Positions 1-13,243 of a DNA stretch of 64,000 nt are shown here, in pieces. Below the pieces are notes generated by a model. The model did no database searches and had not been told where the DNA came from. It saw only the letters and a list, made by a program, of their open reading frames with translations. The stretch is from Peribolospora baueri. Its lineage: Eukaryota. The position numbers and the translations under genes were made by a program. The stretch is from NCBI GenBank assembly GCA_029717555.1, contig JAMDHS010000053.1, forward strand, positions 1 through 64,000, read 5' to 3'. The stretch's first letter is position 1. Each line of letters opens with the position of its first letter.

Positions 1-237
1 GAGCTGCGAGACAGTACCGGCGTCGTTGCCGCCTGGCTGGCATGAGATACACACGCTCGCTTCGTTGTCGCCGTCCCGCTCCGTGGCGGCGGCGGTGACT
101 TGCTGATGGAGAGCTGCGAGACAGTACCGGCGTCGTTGCCGCCTGGCTGGCATGAGATACACACGCTCGCTTCGTTGTCGCCGTCCCGCTCCGTGGCGGC
201 GGCGGTGACTTGCTGATGGAGAGCTGCGAGACAGTAC
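1..237. repeat. 110-bp tandem repeat (minisatellite): two full copies plus a partial third, starting at the left window edge
   Basis: GAGCTGCGAGACAGTAC recurs at 1, 111 and 221; units 1-110 and 111-220 read identical; the period is not a multiple of 3. Confidence 0.95.
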
Positions 238-252
238 GGTCCGCCGGCATGT

Positions 253-630
253 CGCGTCGCGTGGCTCATTTCCGACGGATAATATAATAAAAGCCCGCGG
301 AGGAGATGCGAGGCGACGCTTGCGCACGTGACCCGGTGCGCTGCAGAGCACCCGCTAGGGTATCGTGCGCACCACCTCGTCTCGTCACGCCAGTTTTGGT
401 GCGGGGACGCACGCGTGTATCGCCTGCACGTCGAGCGCCCGCCCGCGTGTGTGTGGTCGTACAAGCAAGTTTCCAGGCAACGACACCGCAACTTTTCGGC
501 GCAAATCCTTGTATTTCCCGCGGCGTATTGCACTCACTGCCAAGCGCGATCGGCGTACCGCCCGCGTGCGGAGCCTAGAAGCGCAACCTCCCCACGCTCG
601 TTGTAATCCACGCAGACGAAGGACCATATA
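253..630 (+). mobile_element. MITE-like non-autonomous TIR element, copy 1 (right TIR intact at about 546-630, left end missing)
   Basis: 253-591 matches 24656-24994 (ORF translations identical in several frames); 546-630 is the reverse complement of 24563-24647 with one mismatch. Confidence 0.8.
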
Positions 631-891
631 AACAGCGTCTGCCCAAAGACGCCCGAGACGCGGCCGGTCTGTAAGAAGCGTTTCTTTTTCGTATTACGCT
701 CTGCTTCCGACCATAACCAGCTCCATCTGCCTCCAATCGCGTGCGCATCACGCCCGCCTGCTCCGCCCTCTCCTCCCAACTGCTCCACCGTCGCCCGCCT
801 TCTTCTCGTTCGCCCTTGCAGGACGGGAAAGCTCAGCGGTACGTGACCCGCCCTATTGCTTGCTGAGAGGCTCGTCGGCTGCGACGCTAAG

Positions 892-1494
892 ATGCCTTCC
901 GTGGGTCTGGTCATCCGTCAGTCCTTCCTCTCCGCGCCTCTACGCACCTGTCGTCCACCGGCCGTCTTTCGTCCCTCAGCGCAGACCCGGCACAACATGA
1001 CAGCCACAAAGGAGACCTTCTCTTTCACGGGCACCTTGCAGTACCCATCCAAAGAGTTGCTCGATCTCGCCGCCCGCGTCCTGCTCGCCTATGAAGCGCA
1101 CGACGAGAAGCGTTTTGACGACGCCGACGCCCGAGGGGACGAAGACGAGACGGCGGACGCGAGCGACAACTTGCTCATCACCCACATGCTGTGTGACAGT
1201 CTTGTCCAAGAGCGCCTCGACAAGGAGAAGAAGAACAACAACAACAACGGTCACGACACATCGACGCCGGAGGAGAATCTCTTTCAGCTGCCCCGCATCG
1301 CCGGCGGCAAGGCCTGCTACATCGTCCCAGAGGCCATAGCGCACCATCGCAAGAACAGGGACGAAAAGGCCATGGGTGACCAAGCCGTCCTTCGTGAGGA
1401 CACCCTTCTGGACTTTTTCGAGTTTCTCGCAGAGCCAAAGTGGAAGGGCAAGCGAGGGGATCTGTTCAAGGTCGTCAAGGAGGGCCAAGCTTGA
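892..1494 (+). CDS. Intronless hypothetical protein (start at ATG 892 or 997)
   Basis: Open frame with GC3-rich, gene-like codon usage and protein-like composition; no recognised family. Confidence 0.6.
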   Translation: MPSVGLVIRQSFLSAPLRTCRPPAVFRPSAQTRHNMTATKETFSFTGTLQYPSKELLDLAARVLLAYEAHDEKRFDDADARGDEDETADASDNLLITHMLCDSLVQERLDKEKKNNNNNGHDTSTPEENLFQLPRIAGGKACYIVPEAIAHHRKNRDEKAMGDQAVLREDTLLDFFEFLAEPKWKGKRGDLFKVVKEGQA

Positions 1495-1585
1495 AATGGC
1501 CGCGTGCCCAACTCGAACGACCTGACCTGGCTCTGCTGCGTCTTCACTCTCTCGCGGGCCCATCTGGCATAACGATGTTGTCGTC

Positions 1586-1801
1586 AGGGTAGGGGGGTGT
1601 GATCACCGTGTCGCGACCCCGTTTACGACCGTCTATTTCCTATAGGCGGTAGATCACTTCTATTGTTCTCGCGTACCCCTTTTTGTACGCTCCGAGCGCC
1701 TATTCCTCTCGAGAAACGTATATATAGAGGATGGGAACCCCACTGTCTGTACTCCCTGTGAGGAGGAACACCATGTAGACACCACCATCTACCAGCTCAC
1801 A
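1586..1801 (+). mobile_element. Possible orphan 3' LTR remnant with polypurine tract
   Basis: Purine-rich run AGGGTAGGGGGG directly followed by a 204-bp segment (1598-1801) with TGTGA...TCACA termini and an internal TATATATA; no TSD found. Confidence 0.35.
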
Positions 1802-3239
1802 GTCGGCCAATATGCTCGGTTACCACCTTGTCCACCTGAAGCCTAGTCGGCCCTGGTCCATCGCATTTGCCGCAGCCCCGGCACCCCCTGCGATTTCTCA
1901 CACCGGACATGCGTCACGTGATCGAGGCACGTGCCGTTCCAGACGCGTACGCGAGGAAGATCTTGGGATTTCCATCATCGGAGCTCGGCCAGCGACTCCT
2001 CTTATATAGTATCGGACATTACCATGCTCCCACATGCGGAGAAGTAGAGAAGGGCTGTGTATCACCCATCAGGCCGTGTCTTCCTTTAAGAAGGGACGTG
2101 GGATGGTGAGCAGTAGGGTAGATAGAAACCGGACATGCGCGGGAATGACCGGACCAGTAGACCAGATCCCACAAGCCCAGCTGTTCTTCTTCCCCCGAGC
2201 CTTCCCTGCATTTCCCCTCCCGCTGGCGACAAGCTTCCCGTGCTTTCACAGCTCGTCGGAGACTCTGGCCCCGGCTTGACTGCCTCTTTCTCTTTTGTGG
2301 AGAGCGCCGTCTGTTGGCGATGCGCCCGAGCCAGTCTCGCGCTCACTCTCGTCCCCCTTTCCCCCCTCCCCACGGCGCCCGCGTGCCCATAGTTCGTGCG
2401 CAGTCCCATACCCAAGACTGCATCCGGTCCTCTCCTCTTCTCCTCCCGCCAGGCTTCTGGAGGCATGTCAGCTGGGCTAAAAGGCAAATACATACGGAAT
2501 ATAATGCATGCATGCATGCTTGTACGAGCGCCGACGGATGGAAACCTGTGCGTGCCAACGTTAACGTTCCCTAAGCTCGTTTTCTTACTGTAGAAACCGC
2601 AATCCGCTAGAAAGCGAGTCCTCATTCTCACGCTACGTTCGCCTCGTCGTCGTGGTCGAGTAAACGGCCATACCCCCCTCCTTCCCCACCCCCACCCCGA
2701 TCGATGTCGACGACGGAATGATCTTGCTTACGGATTCCACAGAACGCCAGGGGAAGTGGGAAGGGTTTTGCCTCCGCGCGCGCAGAGAGACGCGAAAGGG
2801 GAGAGACGCGAAGAGGGGGTAGAAGCGCCGTTTCTTTAACCAACCAACCCCGCCCTCCTTCTCTTTCTTGCCCTCTTCCAGAGACTCCGAGGATGCATGG
2901 ACGGGAAACAAATTGACCGACCGACTGACCAGCCGGCCGAGCCGAGCCGACGAACGAGAGAGACGGAGACGAACCGAGACGAGGAGGGAAAATGAGTGAA
3001 ACGCTAGGGACGAGAACCGTGGGATTGGGGGTAAAAGCTACAGATAGATGTCCGATCGATGTCCGAGTCAAGAGCGTCGTCAGGAGGAGTGGAGAATCTG
3101 TGATGGGCACGGCGGGCGGTCGGTTGACGAGGGGGGGAGCGCGGTGGTAGTAGTCTGCCCCGCCGCAGAACGGGACCAAGTTCCGTGGAATGCAAACTTG
3201 CGTCAGCGGCGGGCCAGAGGAAGGGATGGGGGGAAACTC

Positions 3240-4756
3240 TCAGAGCTTGTTGGAAGAGGTGAAGTTGGCAAAGTATGGGTGAGAGAGGCAGCGCTTGGCT
3301 GTCGTGTCCGAGGCGAGACGAACAGAAATATGCGTCGCAAGAAAGCGATGCAAGATTAGCATCGGTGCTTGCCTCGGCCAAGGGCGTTCGCTCTCGACGC
3401 CCCGCACACTCACCGCTGATCCTGCCCGCGGGATCGTAGATGAGGAGCTCCTTGAGCATGTTAACGCCTTCCGACTCAAGGTTGGACAGCGACTTTCCGA
3501 GGTCCACGCCGGACCACTGCGGGAAGGACGACTTGTAGTCCGGAAGTGACTGTACGCCCGGCCAGCTGTCCTCGGTGGGAGTGCCCAGTGTTCTGCCACA
3601 CGATGGAGGATCCAAGATGAGTGAACAGTGCCGGTGAAACAAAGAAGAACCACGTCAGGCACGAGCTGCACTCACCGGAAGATGCGGAAGATCTCGTCGA
3701 TCTCAGAGTCGCCTGGGAAGAGGGGCGAGCGCATCACCATCTCGGCAAAGATGCAGCCGACGGACCACATATCGATGGCGGTCGAGTAGTGGCGGGAGCC
3801 CAGGAGCACTTCTGGCGCGCGGTACCAGAGAGTGACGACCTGCGAGGCGATAGGGGGTAGGTCGTGTCAACAGTGGTGGGTCCAATGGCGCAGTAGTGCG
3901 AATGGAAAGCGCACTGCAAACCCACCTCGTGTGTGTACGTCCGAAGGGGAATTCCGAACGCGCGAGCGAGACCAAAGTCAGCGAGCTTGAGGTTGCCTTC
4001 CTTGTCGATGAGCAGGTTCTGCGGCTTTAGGTCGCGGTGGAGGATGCGGTGAGCATGGCAGTAGTAGATTCCTCGGATCAATTGGAGGGTAAATTTCTGT
4101 CAGAAAAGAGAACAGGGGAGAGAACGGCGTATCAATGCTGTGACGAATTGCACATTTGGACATTACGAGAGACTCGCGAGCCGCCCCAAGGGCTGCCCAG
4201 CGTTGACAGAGAAGGAGAGTCAGGAGAGCGGCAGCCCACCTTGACCATGTCAGGGCCGAGGCCATCACTGGCGTTACCGATGGTATCCATATAGCGCTTC
4301 AAATCGAGGTCGAGGAACTCAAAGACCAGGTAGAGCTTCGACTCCATGTGACAAATGTCAAGCAATCTGTCCAGCCGAGGAAAGAGGTAAATGGAAAACG
4401 CTGAGCCAATTCCAGCGTCTCATCAAGACCGGAGCGCACGGATCGCTACACACCTGACGATGTTGTCGTCCTTCAACTCCTTGAGGAGCGAGATCTCCCT
4501 GATCGCCGTCGAAGGCACGCCTTCGTCCTCGGCTTCGAGGCGAATCTTCTTGAGCGCCACGATCTTGCCTGTCCTGGTGTCCCTGGCCTTGTACACAACT
4601 CCATACGTGCCTGGGCAAGAGAAGAAAGAAGACGAGCAAATGAGACCATTTGTCGAAAGCATTCGCCTTCGAGTCCCAGGGCCAGGAGACGAGGCGGGAC
4701 TGCGAGAGTGGCCGCTCACCCTCTCCGACCTTCTCGATCTTCGAGTACTGCTCCAT
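3240..4756 (-). CDS. CDK1: Cyclin-dependent kinase 1 (multi-exon)
   Basis: [38 protein letters not shown] (PSTAIRE), [31 protein letters not shown], ending [17 protein letters not shown] introns. Confidence 0.97.
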
Positions 4757-5389
4757 CGATGGGAGGGAGTGTTAGCGGGACAAGTGACGGGGAAGAGGGG
4801 AAGGGAGGGAGTCGTCAAAGGGAGACCGAGGAGTCGAGCGAGCTTGAGGAGAAATGAAAGGGTGTCGGTCGGTGTGATGGTGGTGGAGCGGAAGTAAGCA
4901 GACAGGACGCTGAAAGCTCAACTCGCTTGCTCCGGCCGAAGCGCGCGCTCGACGCGTCGAGCCACGTTGGCAGCCGCTGCGGCATTTCCTCGGCTGCGAC
5001 AATGGGATTCAGCTTGGACAAGGCGTGGCGCTCACGTTTTCGCGAAAGGACGACAAGGAACGGCACAATGAGGAAGGACGAGTCGATATTCAATAGGGGA
5101 GCGAAAAAGAGGAGGGGAGAGAAGACGAAAGAGCCGCGCAAAGAAATAGAGGCATCGCCAGCGTGATTCGGATCAAACGTGAGGGCATGCCCGAGTCGTA
5201 GTACATAGAAGACCGTCATCCAGAGCGTATCGTACGCAGCGTTCGCGCAAAAAAAGAGATAAAGAGCAAAAAGGGGACAAAAAGAAGAAGCAATAGGGAG
5301 GAAAGGACAATACGTCGATAGAGGAGAACGCCACGGAGCGTGGCACATCGGAGAGGCAGGCGAGCTCGACGACACCGAACCGGATCGCT

Positions 5390-8300
5390 TCACAAGAGGT
5401 CATGCGCGCGAAGTACGGCCTCGTAGTGCTCTCGCAGATCGTTCTGGAGACGCAAATCTCTGCGGAGGGCGCTGTTCGCAGGGAGAGGAACGAAGGCAAA
5501 GGTAGGACGCGTTCGAGTCATCAGCGATGGGTCCAATACGGTCACGCTCTCTCGCACCCTCCCACTCACCCATTCTCGACCTTGAGGCCGTTCAGCTCGG
5601 CCTTTGCCGCTCGCACCTCCTCCCTCAACGCAAGAAGCTCGGCGTCCTCCGGCTCTGCCGTGTCGTCGTACATTCTGTCCAACTCTTCGTTGAAAGCCTG
5701 CCAATGGGAGGGTCAGGTCGGTAAGGAAGGAGGAAAGGGGCGATCAGACACGAGTAAAGGGAAGGAAAAAAGAACGATGAGCTGGGCGATGTCGTGTCGA
5801 TAACGGACAGAATCACACCGTCGATTCAACACGACTCGTCCACCACACCCACCTCGTATAACGTCGTGTTCTCCGCCCGCACCTCTTGCTCCAGCGCGCG
5901 CAACGTGTCGCAAGTCTGCTTGGACGCTTGCAGCTGCCCTCGCAGTCTCGATATCTCTCGCTCCCGCTCTTCGGGATCGGTGCTCGCGGAGGAGAAGCTC
6001 GAGGCGATGTTTGTGGCAGCGCTAGCCGTCTCCTCGACGGGAGACAGATCCGCTTGATCCGCCCAGGTAACGCTTGCCGCCTCTTTCTTCTTCTCCTTCT
6101 CCTCCGCGCCGGCTTCCGACGACGAGCGCTCGCCGTTGTTGCCCTTATCGTCCTCCACCGCGCCCACGCTCGTCGGCGCCGTCGACTTGGTCTGGTCCGT
6201 AAAAGCGGAGCTGCGGCTCGTGGTGGCTGTGCTGATCGTGTCCGAGCCGTTGGCGCTCCTCGCCGCGATGCTCTTCGTTCGACGGCGACCTCCGCCGCCA
6301 AGCGCGCTGCCACCGCTCACGCCTGCCGCCGTGGGGGTGGCGTTGGCCGACCCTGGACCGTTGAGGACCGTGGCTGCAGACGCGGAGAGAGGGACGCCCC
6401 TGGACGCCGAGCTGAAAAGGTTGCGTGATATGGTCTCCAAGCCGAAGAGATGACCGCGAGTACGGAGAACGTTGTTCGTCGGCGTCGTCGGGTTCGAGCC
6501 GGCCCTCGAGCGCTGCGGTCGGAGCTCGAGAACGCTGGGCGGTAACGGCGCGGTGAGGGCCGGAAGCGACTCGGAGAGCTCGACGATGGTCGAGGGCAGC
6601 TTGGACATGAGCACAGTTGTCCGCTCCATGTCCTCGTCGTCCTCGTCCAACGAGGGCGAAGCCTTTGTCCGAACAGAGTACTCGCCAAACTCGACGTCGT
6701 CATCAAAGTGACCCAGGCGAACGATCGTGTGAGGCGGTGCGTGCTCGACGCCGAAGGGCAGCGGATCAGCTCGTCCGGAAGAGTCTACGTGCAGAACCAG
6801 TCTGCCCTGCACAAAGACGAAATTGAAACGATCGATCGATCGAACGCGCGAGCAGTCGTCGTCAGACACCGGACACCGGAGGAAGCTAGCGGTCGCGAGG
6901 AAAAAAAGATACTCGAAGACTTGCTCACCTTATAGGGCTCTCCGAGCCACGCTCTCCTCTCGTACACATTCCACCACACCGCGTTCCTGATCCTCCCTCG
7001 CTCCTCACTCTTCCGCTTGCCCACATCTCCCGCGGACGACGATGACAGCGACGAGGAGGATGAAGAAGAAGGTAAGGAGGCGACAACAACACACTCGTCT
7101 AACCTCGCCTCGCTCCTCCCGTCGCGCGTCTTGCACAACGCCTGGGCCCGCCAGAGGTTCTGCAAGAAGCGCGCCTTGTCGCCCCTATGCGCGTAGGCGC
7201 CGCCCACGCGACTCGAGAAGGAGGCGGCGGGGGCGTTGCGAGAGACGTAGTGACGCACAGGTCGGCCTGACCATCGATCTGTCTGGTCTAGCGGTGGGCG
7301 GGAAAAGGTGAGTTGGAAGTCTGAGGAGGAAGAAGGCAACGCCCGAAGGGTTCAGTGTTGTGAGCGGGATGAGATATTCGCTTCGGGACACGGCGGGAGC
7401 TCACTCACCCTCGCCTCCGACGTCGAGGGCCGTCAGGTCAGCGAGCTCGACGATGCCCTTCCAACTCATGTGGATTTTCCCTTTGCCGCTCGGCGTGACA
7501 AACCCACCGGCGCCTCCGCTGGTGTACATCTTCATGCGGTCGCACAGCCTGTTCAAGTCGTCCAGGCCGGCGAGCTTCCTCCCAGAGGTGGTGGAGGATT
7601 GTCGTTTGACGATGGCGAGCAGGTCAGAGAAGAGGAAGAGGGTGCAATGTAGCGCTTCCCGGGAAGAGGACGCGGCGGCGGCGGTGGAGGAGGGAGGCGG
7701 GGAGAGAGAAGTGGCGGGGAAGGCCAGGGTGGACATGTCGAGCTGCACGTCGTCCACGTCAAGACAATCGATGAAAGTGCGCGTGGAGGAGACCATGGAG
7801 GCCTGTGAGGAAGAGACGCAAATCGAGGGATGTCGCGTAAGGACATGGGGAAGACGAAAGCAAGGCGACCAAATGGAGACTAAAGCGAGACCGAAAAGCA
7901 GTTGCCTTCGCGTTGTCAACACAGAGGAGGCGAGGGCGGAAGAGGCTCACCGGAAATCCCTCGATGGCCCTATCGAGCGCCCAAACGATGGCGGCCCTCT
8001 TGGTGCTCTCATTCGCCTCACAACTGGCGATCCTGCTCGCCGCCTCGATGGCCTGAAGCAAAGGCACTCGCTGAGGGTCCGCGGCGGGCATGTGCTTGAG
8101 CATGCCCTCGAAGAGGAGCTTGTAGCGGGGGATGCGCTGCACGGGCTCCATGAGCAGCTCGCGGAGGCCCACATTTCCGACGCCTGGGGTGGAGTATTTC
8201 ACGCGCTGCGAGATGGGAAAGGAGGTAAAAATCGATTGGTCTTCGCTGTCGGTGAAGGAAGGTGGCCCACCAGATGCAGGGAGGACGGCGATCAAGGATG

Positions 8301-9660
8301 GCTCTCCTGCACGCTCACCTCGACGTACTGGATGAAGCCAGACTTCTTGCTCATAAGCGCCTCGATCTGCTTCGCCTGCTCGAAGCCGGAGAGATATTCG
8401 CTGTAGCAGGAAAAGTTTTCCATCTGGAGCGTGGCGCATAATCAGTTGGTGGGACCAGGGAGATGTCGGGCGCATCGCCAACTCACATGTCTCTTCACGA
8501 GCTCCCCGATCCCCTCTTCAGGCCATCTCCCTTCCTCTAGCTTATCCTCCAGAGCCTCGAGGTCCTCGAGGAACGCGCGGTTGACCTCGCATATCTCGGC
8601 GACGTTGCCGAACAGCGCGCGCGCCTCGAACGGGGGAATGATGGCCGTGTCCTTGTCGCGGGAGAAGCGACGGAGGGGTAGGGCGTACGACTGGGGAGCG
8701 GAGCAAAGGGAGGTACGCGAGAAGGACGCCGAGGAAAAGGGAAGAGGCGAGGGACGGATTAGCAGGGATAGCGGATTTCTCGTATGTTCAGCAGCAGGCG
8801 TGAAATCGCTCGTCGTCAACGCCTCACATTATACAGCGTCTCTATCCTCCTGACGTAGCTCCTCTCCGTCTCGAGAAGCTCCCTAAGACGACTCCTCATC
8901 TTGGACGACAGGGGCCCAGCGTGACCGGAGGCTTTGCTGAAGAGATTCCCGATGAAACTCGATCTCGAAGCGATGCCGCCACCACCACCACCTGCAGTGA
9001 TGATGGAGGCGTCATCGTCGGAGCGTTCGCCGTTGGCGAGGGCTAGAACGCTGCTCACGCTGTTACTGCGCGAGTGACGGGTGAGGGTGGGTCGGCTGAA
9101 ACGGGCGTGGGAGAGAGGTCGGGTGAGCGGAGCTCCGCTGGCGGAAACGGGGCGGAAAGTCTCAGAGGAGGTGGAGGGGCGCGAGTGGTGAGTTTGGTGA
9201 GAAGGTACGGGCGTTCCGAGCCAGCGGAGGATGCGACCTGCGAGCAAGAAAAAGTAGACGGTGAGACAGTGGGAACGGATGTGCCTAGGACATGGCCAGA
9301 GGACCCGACGTCCGTCCGTCCGTCCGTCCGTCCGTCCGTCCGTCCGTCCGGCCCTCCATTTGGCTGTGCCCTAAGCTCACTCACCCAGCTCCCTCGCACC
9401 AGCCCCTCCGGCGCCCTCTACGACGACATCGCAAAAGTGGGTGCGGACAATCTCGTTGGCCGTCCATGCGGGTCGTCGTGGGATGGAGGAGGCAGAGGCA
9501 GCGGCGGCAGCGGTGGCAGCGGCGTAGTAGGACGACGAGGCGGCCGTGGCCGTCGCCGAGCGTTTCCTTCCCGCCCTGTGCGGGGAAGCGGAGCGCTTTT
9601 GGCCGGCCGTGGCGTCAGACGGGGGTTGGCGTCGCCCTCGGTGGTCGGGGGCGATGCGTG
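5390..9660 (-). CDS. Rho guanine nucleotide exchange factor with DH domain, Gef2-like (multi-exon; 5' end uncertain)
   Basis: DH motifs LRELLETERSYVRRIETLY, ALFGNVAEICEVNRAFLEDL, LRELLMEPVQRIPRYKLL; C-terminal coiled coil RAENTTLYE..FNEEL; last exon ALRRDLRLQNDLREHYEAVLRAHDLL*. Confidence 0.85.
9308..9349. repeat. (CGTC)n microsatellite inside a RhoGEF intron
   Basis: About ten tandem CGTC units read directly. Confidence 0.9.
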
Positions 9661-11526
9661 ATGGGGAGAAAGAAGGAGTGATCGGTGAGGGGGAGAGGGA
9701 TGGGTGCGGGCAGAGAGCAGCGGTGGAGTCGAGCGGTCGGTGTTGCGTGTGATTGGATCGTGACGAAAGGCAGAAGGGATAGATAAGTATAGGGCCGAGG
9801 TTGGGAGGAGTGAGACAGTGAGTGAACAGAAAAGAAGGGAGGAAGGATGATGGAGGGGAAGGAAGGGACGAGGGAGGCGCGACGGGTGGCGCTGTGTTTT
9901 TGCCTCGCACGAGATTGTGTGTAGACAATGTCCGGGCGGTGTGACGATGAGCAGAGCAAGAGCAAGAGCAGAGCAGCGCAGCGGGGGGGTCCTTGCATCC
10001 TGACAGTCAGCACCACGAGCACATGCATCCTTTGCCGTCCTCACAGCCGCTGTCGCAGAGCTAGCGCCCACCTTGGCTTCCGTTTCCTCGAGCCCCAGCC
10101 TCAGACCAGCGGCACCCGTGGGTGAGCACGGGCGACGCGTCGCGACGCGACTCCCTCGATCCGGTCACGAGCGGACCCAGAGCCACCCTGAACCGACACG
10201 GGCCGTCACTCGTCCATGCGTCGTGTCTTTCTTTCTCTTCCCTTCTTCACTCCATTCCTTCCCTTTCTTCTTCTCCCGTCCACCCTGCACCCATCCCATC
10301 CCGTCCCGCCTCCGCGTCCTCGCTCCGTCCGCTTCCGTCCCGTTCCTCGACTCGACTCGACTCGAGTCCCCCCCCGACTCGATCCACCCGTTCGGCAGCG
10401 TCCGCTTCCTTCGCCCCTCTCGTTTCTGTCACATCCCAACCATGCGCGCCGGATGAAGAGCGAGAGACGCCAGCCGAGCCAGCCAGCCCCTCCCTCTTCC
10501 AGCCAAGATCCAAGGCGCAGGGCTCGAGGGAAGAAGAGAGTACGGAGATACCCGTCCTCCACGCCCCGCTCCCTCCCATGCAACTCGAGCGCTTGTCCGA
10601 CGCCGCTCAACTCGCTCCATCCGGCCGGCCGGCGGCTGCATCGCCGAAACGCACAGAGAGCGACAGGTGGGCCTCTCCGGCCATTCTTGCGATCGGCTCG
10701 GACGATGGATGGATGGATCGGGGTCAGTCCAAACCTTCCTCCCCGTCGCGGTCCAAGCAAAGCATCTAGTCGAGAGTATCCGACGCGACCCGACGACCCC
10801 TTACAGAGCCCCAGTTGCGTCATTGGAGTAGAGTCTACACATCGTGTGTGAACGCGAGAGCCGCTCCATCCCGTGCCCTCTTTAGGGCATACGGTGATGA
10901 CGGCGAGAGAAAGGCAAGGACAGTCAAAAAGAGAACGTATCTAGCATGCTCTTGAGGCGGCAGCATGTAAAACGGATCCGAAACTTTGCCTCTCTTGGCA
11001 ACTTCCGTCGCCGTCGACTCGGCTGCACCGCACACCGTGCGTGACCAAGATCGAATGATCGACAGCGAGTCACGGACTGGACGTCGCTCCGAGCGTCCGG
11101 GTGGCCACTTCGCACGAGCCGCAGTCGCACGTGAGGGCATGCACGTGATGGGCCATTTTTTTTTTTTGGATCGGGGAGGACAGGCAAGGACGAGACGAGC
11201 GAGGCTGGGACGAGAAAGAAAGAGGTCGTCGGCATCTCGCACGCCTCAGCAACACCGTCGGTGTCAGTAAGGAAGGGCCAGTGATTCGGTGAAGGGGTTG
11301 AATGCGCTAGCGAGAGTAAGTGGGCTGCATCGATGGAGATGGAATGTCCGTATGTGCCTCACGGCGTGAGCCGGCCACGCAGGAGAGGGAAGAAAGAGGG
11401 GAGGAGAATGCTAAGCGGCGGGAAATGGAAGGAGAGAAGACAAAAAAGAAACAGAAGCAAAGGAGGCCAAACGATATGTATACGTATACAGGTCGACTTC
11501 GTCCCATCGCCACGGCAGAACAAACA

Positions 11527-13243
11527 TCATCTGCGTTGCTCCACCCTTCCTATAAAAGGCTGTGCGCTCGCCGACATCGCCTCCACCGTCACATCTTCTG
11601 CGCTTTCCCCTGCATAGTTTCTCCGGAAAGCCCTGTCATCCATCTCGATCGCAGAGCCGTTCCCTCCGGACCACTCTCCTACTACCTTTTCCCTCGGCCG
11701 CGGTCGCATCCAACCGGGCTTGCGTTCGCCTCCGGCGACCCGTCCCGAGCCATCGTATCCGACCTTGGCCGCGTCCTTAGCGGAGGCCATGACGGCGCCA
11801 ACTCCGTAGAGACGGACCTGGTCCCGGAGCTTGATCTGCTCGGCGTAATAAGCGTGAGTTTCTGAAACGACGGCGAAGCGTTGTCGGACATGGAGGTGGA
11901 AAAGGAAAAGGAAGGAGAGGGCGCACACTTTTGACGTGACACGCGGATGTGTGACGGGAAAAAAGATAGAACAGAGCGTCCCGGTACGAGACGTCACGGA
12001 GAAGGACCAGAGGTGAGCTATACCGAACTGACGCATAAAGGAAAAAGAGACGTAACCACGGCGGGGAAGCGGGACCGTCACTCACCAGCAAGCGCACCAA
12101 CACCCAGAATCACAAAACTGTACAGTTTCCCTCCGCGATCCTGGCCCAAAGGTGGCCCACACACCCCGTTCTGGATGTTGTTATATTGCCCAGGTTGGGA
12201 AGAGGATGAGGCACAGTTGTACGACTGACATTCCTTGTCGGCTGCGCACGGTTGTCCCTGGTCTTTTTGTGCGTGGCAAGTGGAGGAGGGCGCATCACAA
12301 TAGAGGAGAGACCCGCAATTGTCACTGGGAACAGAGTGTACATTGCAGCAAGGCACGTAAGGACGTGTTCAAGTTGGAGGGCCGCGCTCCCTTGGACGAC
12401 AGTGACATGATTTGTTCTTTTCGCGCTGAGATCACACGGCGGTATCAACTCACCGACTGACGACATCTCCATAATTTTGTCCTCCAGATCCGTACACGGT
12501 GTACACAATGTTCTCATTCAAACAAGGCGAGTTGAGTGTAGCATTTTTCCATTGGCAGGCAAAGTGCAGGCAAATAGATGTCGTTCCGGGTGGTTGGGAG
12601 GAATCAGGCGGGGCGCATTCGTCTATGGTCAAAACGAAATTAAGAAAATAACACGTTCGGTAAGATTTCCCTCACGCGGATGAGCAATTCAAGCCGGGCC
12701 AGCGTGACATGGGCGACCCAAATAGCTGACTGACCATCTCGGTTCAGTTGACAAGGGGAGCCTACGGGCAGTACGTCCTGACACGCGTCCTCTTCGTCCG
12801 GGCAAAACTGACCCGGGCCACAGAGAGGCGGAAGTTGCTGCGAACAAACCCAAACATTCGTAATGATACAGTAAGTGGGAGATGAAGCTAGAAAATCGTA
12901 CTCCATCTCTTTCGTCTGACAGCTTCGTCTGCGACGAGAGCACAACAGGTGGACTGTGGGAGTTGACCCATCCGAATCGACTCACAGCAGTCCGGCCATA
13001 GCCCAACGGGTACTCGTCCCTCCTGCAGCCCTTAGGCTGGCAGGTTCCCTGAGCGGAGCAGAACTTCGTGTAGCCACATTCGGACTTGAACTGGTTCGTG
13101 CCCGTGATGAGCTGGTTGCGGGCCTGCGAGCACGGCGCGCCCACTGCCGGCCCTGGGCTGGAGAAGACCGGCGATAAAAGCAGAGCAAGGGAGAGGACGC
13201 AAAGGGAAAACAGGGGTGCCCGGCTGAGAGACGAGGTGGGCAT
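11527..13243 (-). CDS. Cysteine-rich single-pass membrane protein with signal peptide (multi-exon)
   Basis: Hydrophobic N-terminus (LFSLCVLSLALLLSPVFS); Cys-rich exons CQPKGCRRDEYPLGY, FCPDEEDACQ, GSPCQLNRDDEC, CAADKECQSYNC; transmembrane-like SFVILGVGALAG. Confidence 0.85.

Noticed and set aside
1..237. Tandem repeat as a CRISPR array
   Set aside because: Units are identical with no unique spacers; the context is eukaryotic and there are no cas genes
306..631. Duplicated 80-92-aa ORFs (also at 24709-24981) as genes
   Set aside because: They lie inside the non-coding TIR element and are open in several frames because of high GC
7360..8406. 348-aa plus-strand ORF
   Set aside because: Antisense shadow of the RhoGEF exons
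10122..10851. Overlapping ~200-aa ORFs on both strands
   Set aside because: Low-complexity Pro/Ser/Arg translations with non-ATG starts and no motifs; probably UTR or intergenic DNA
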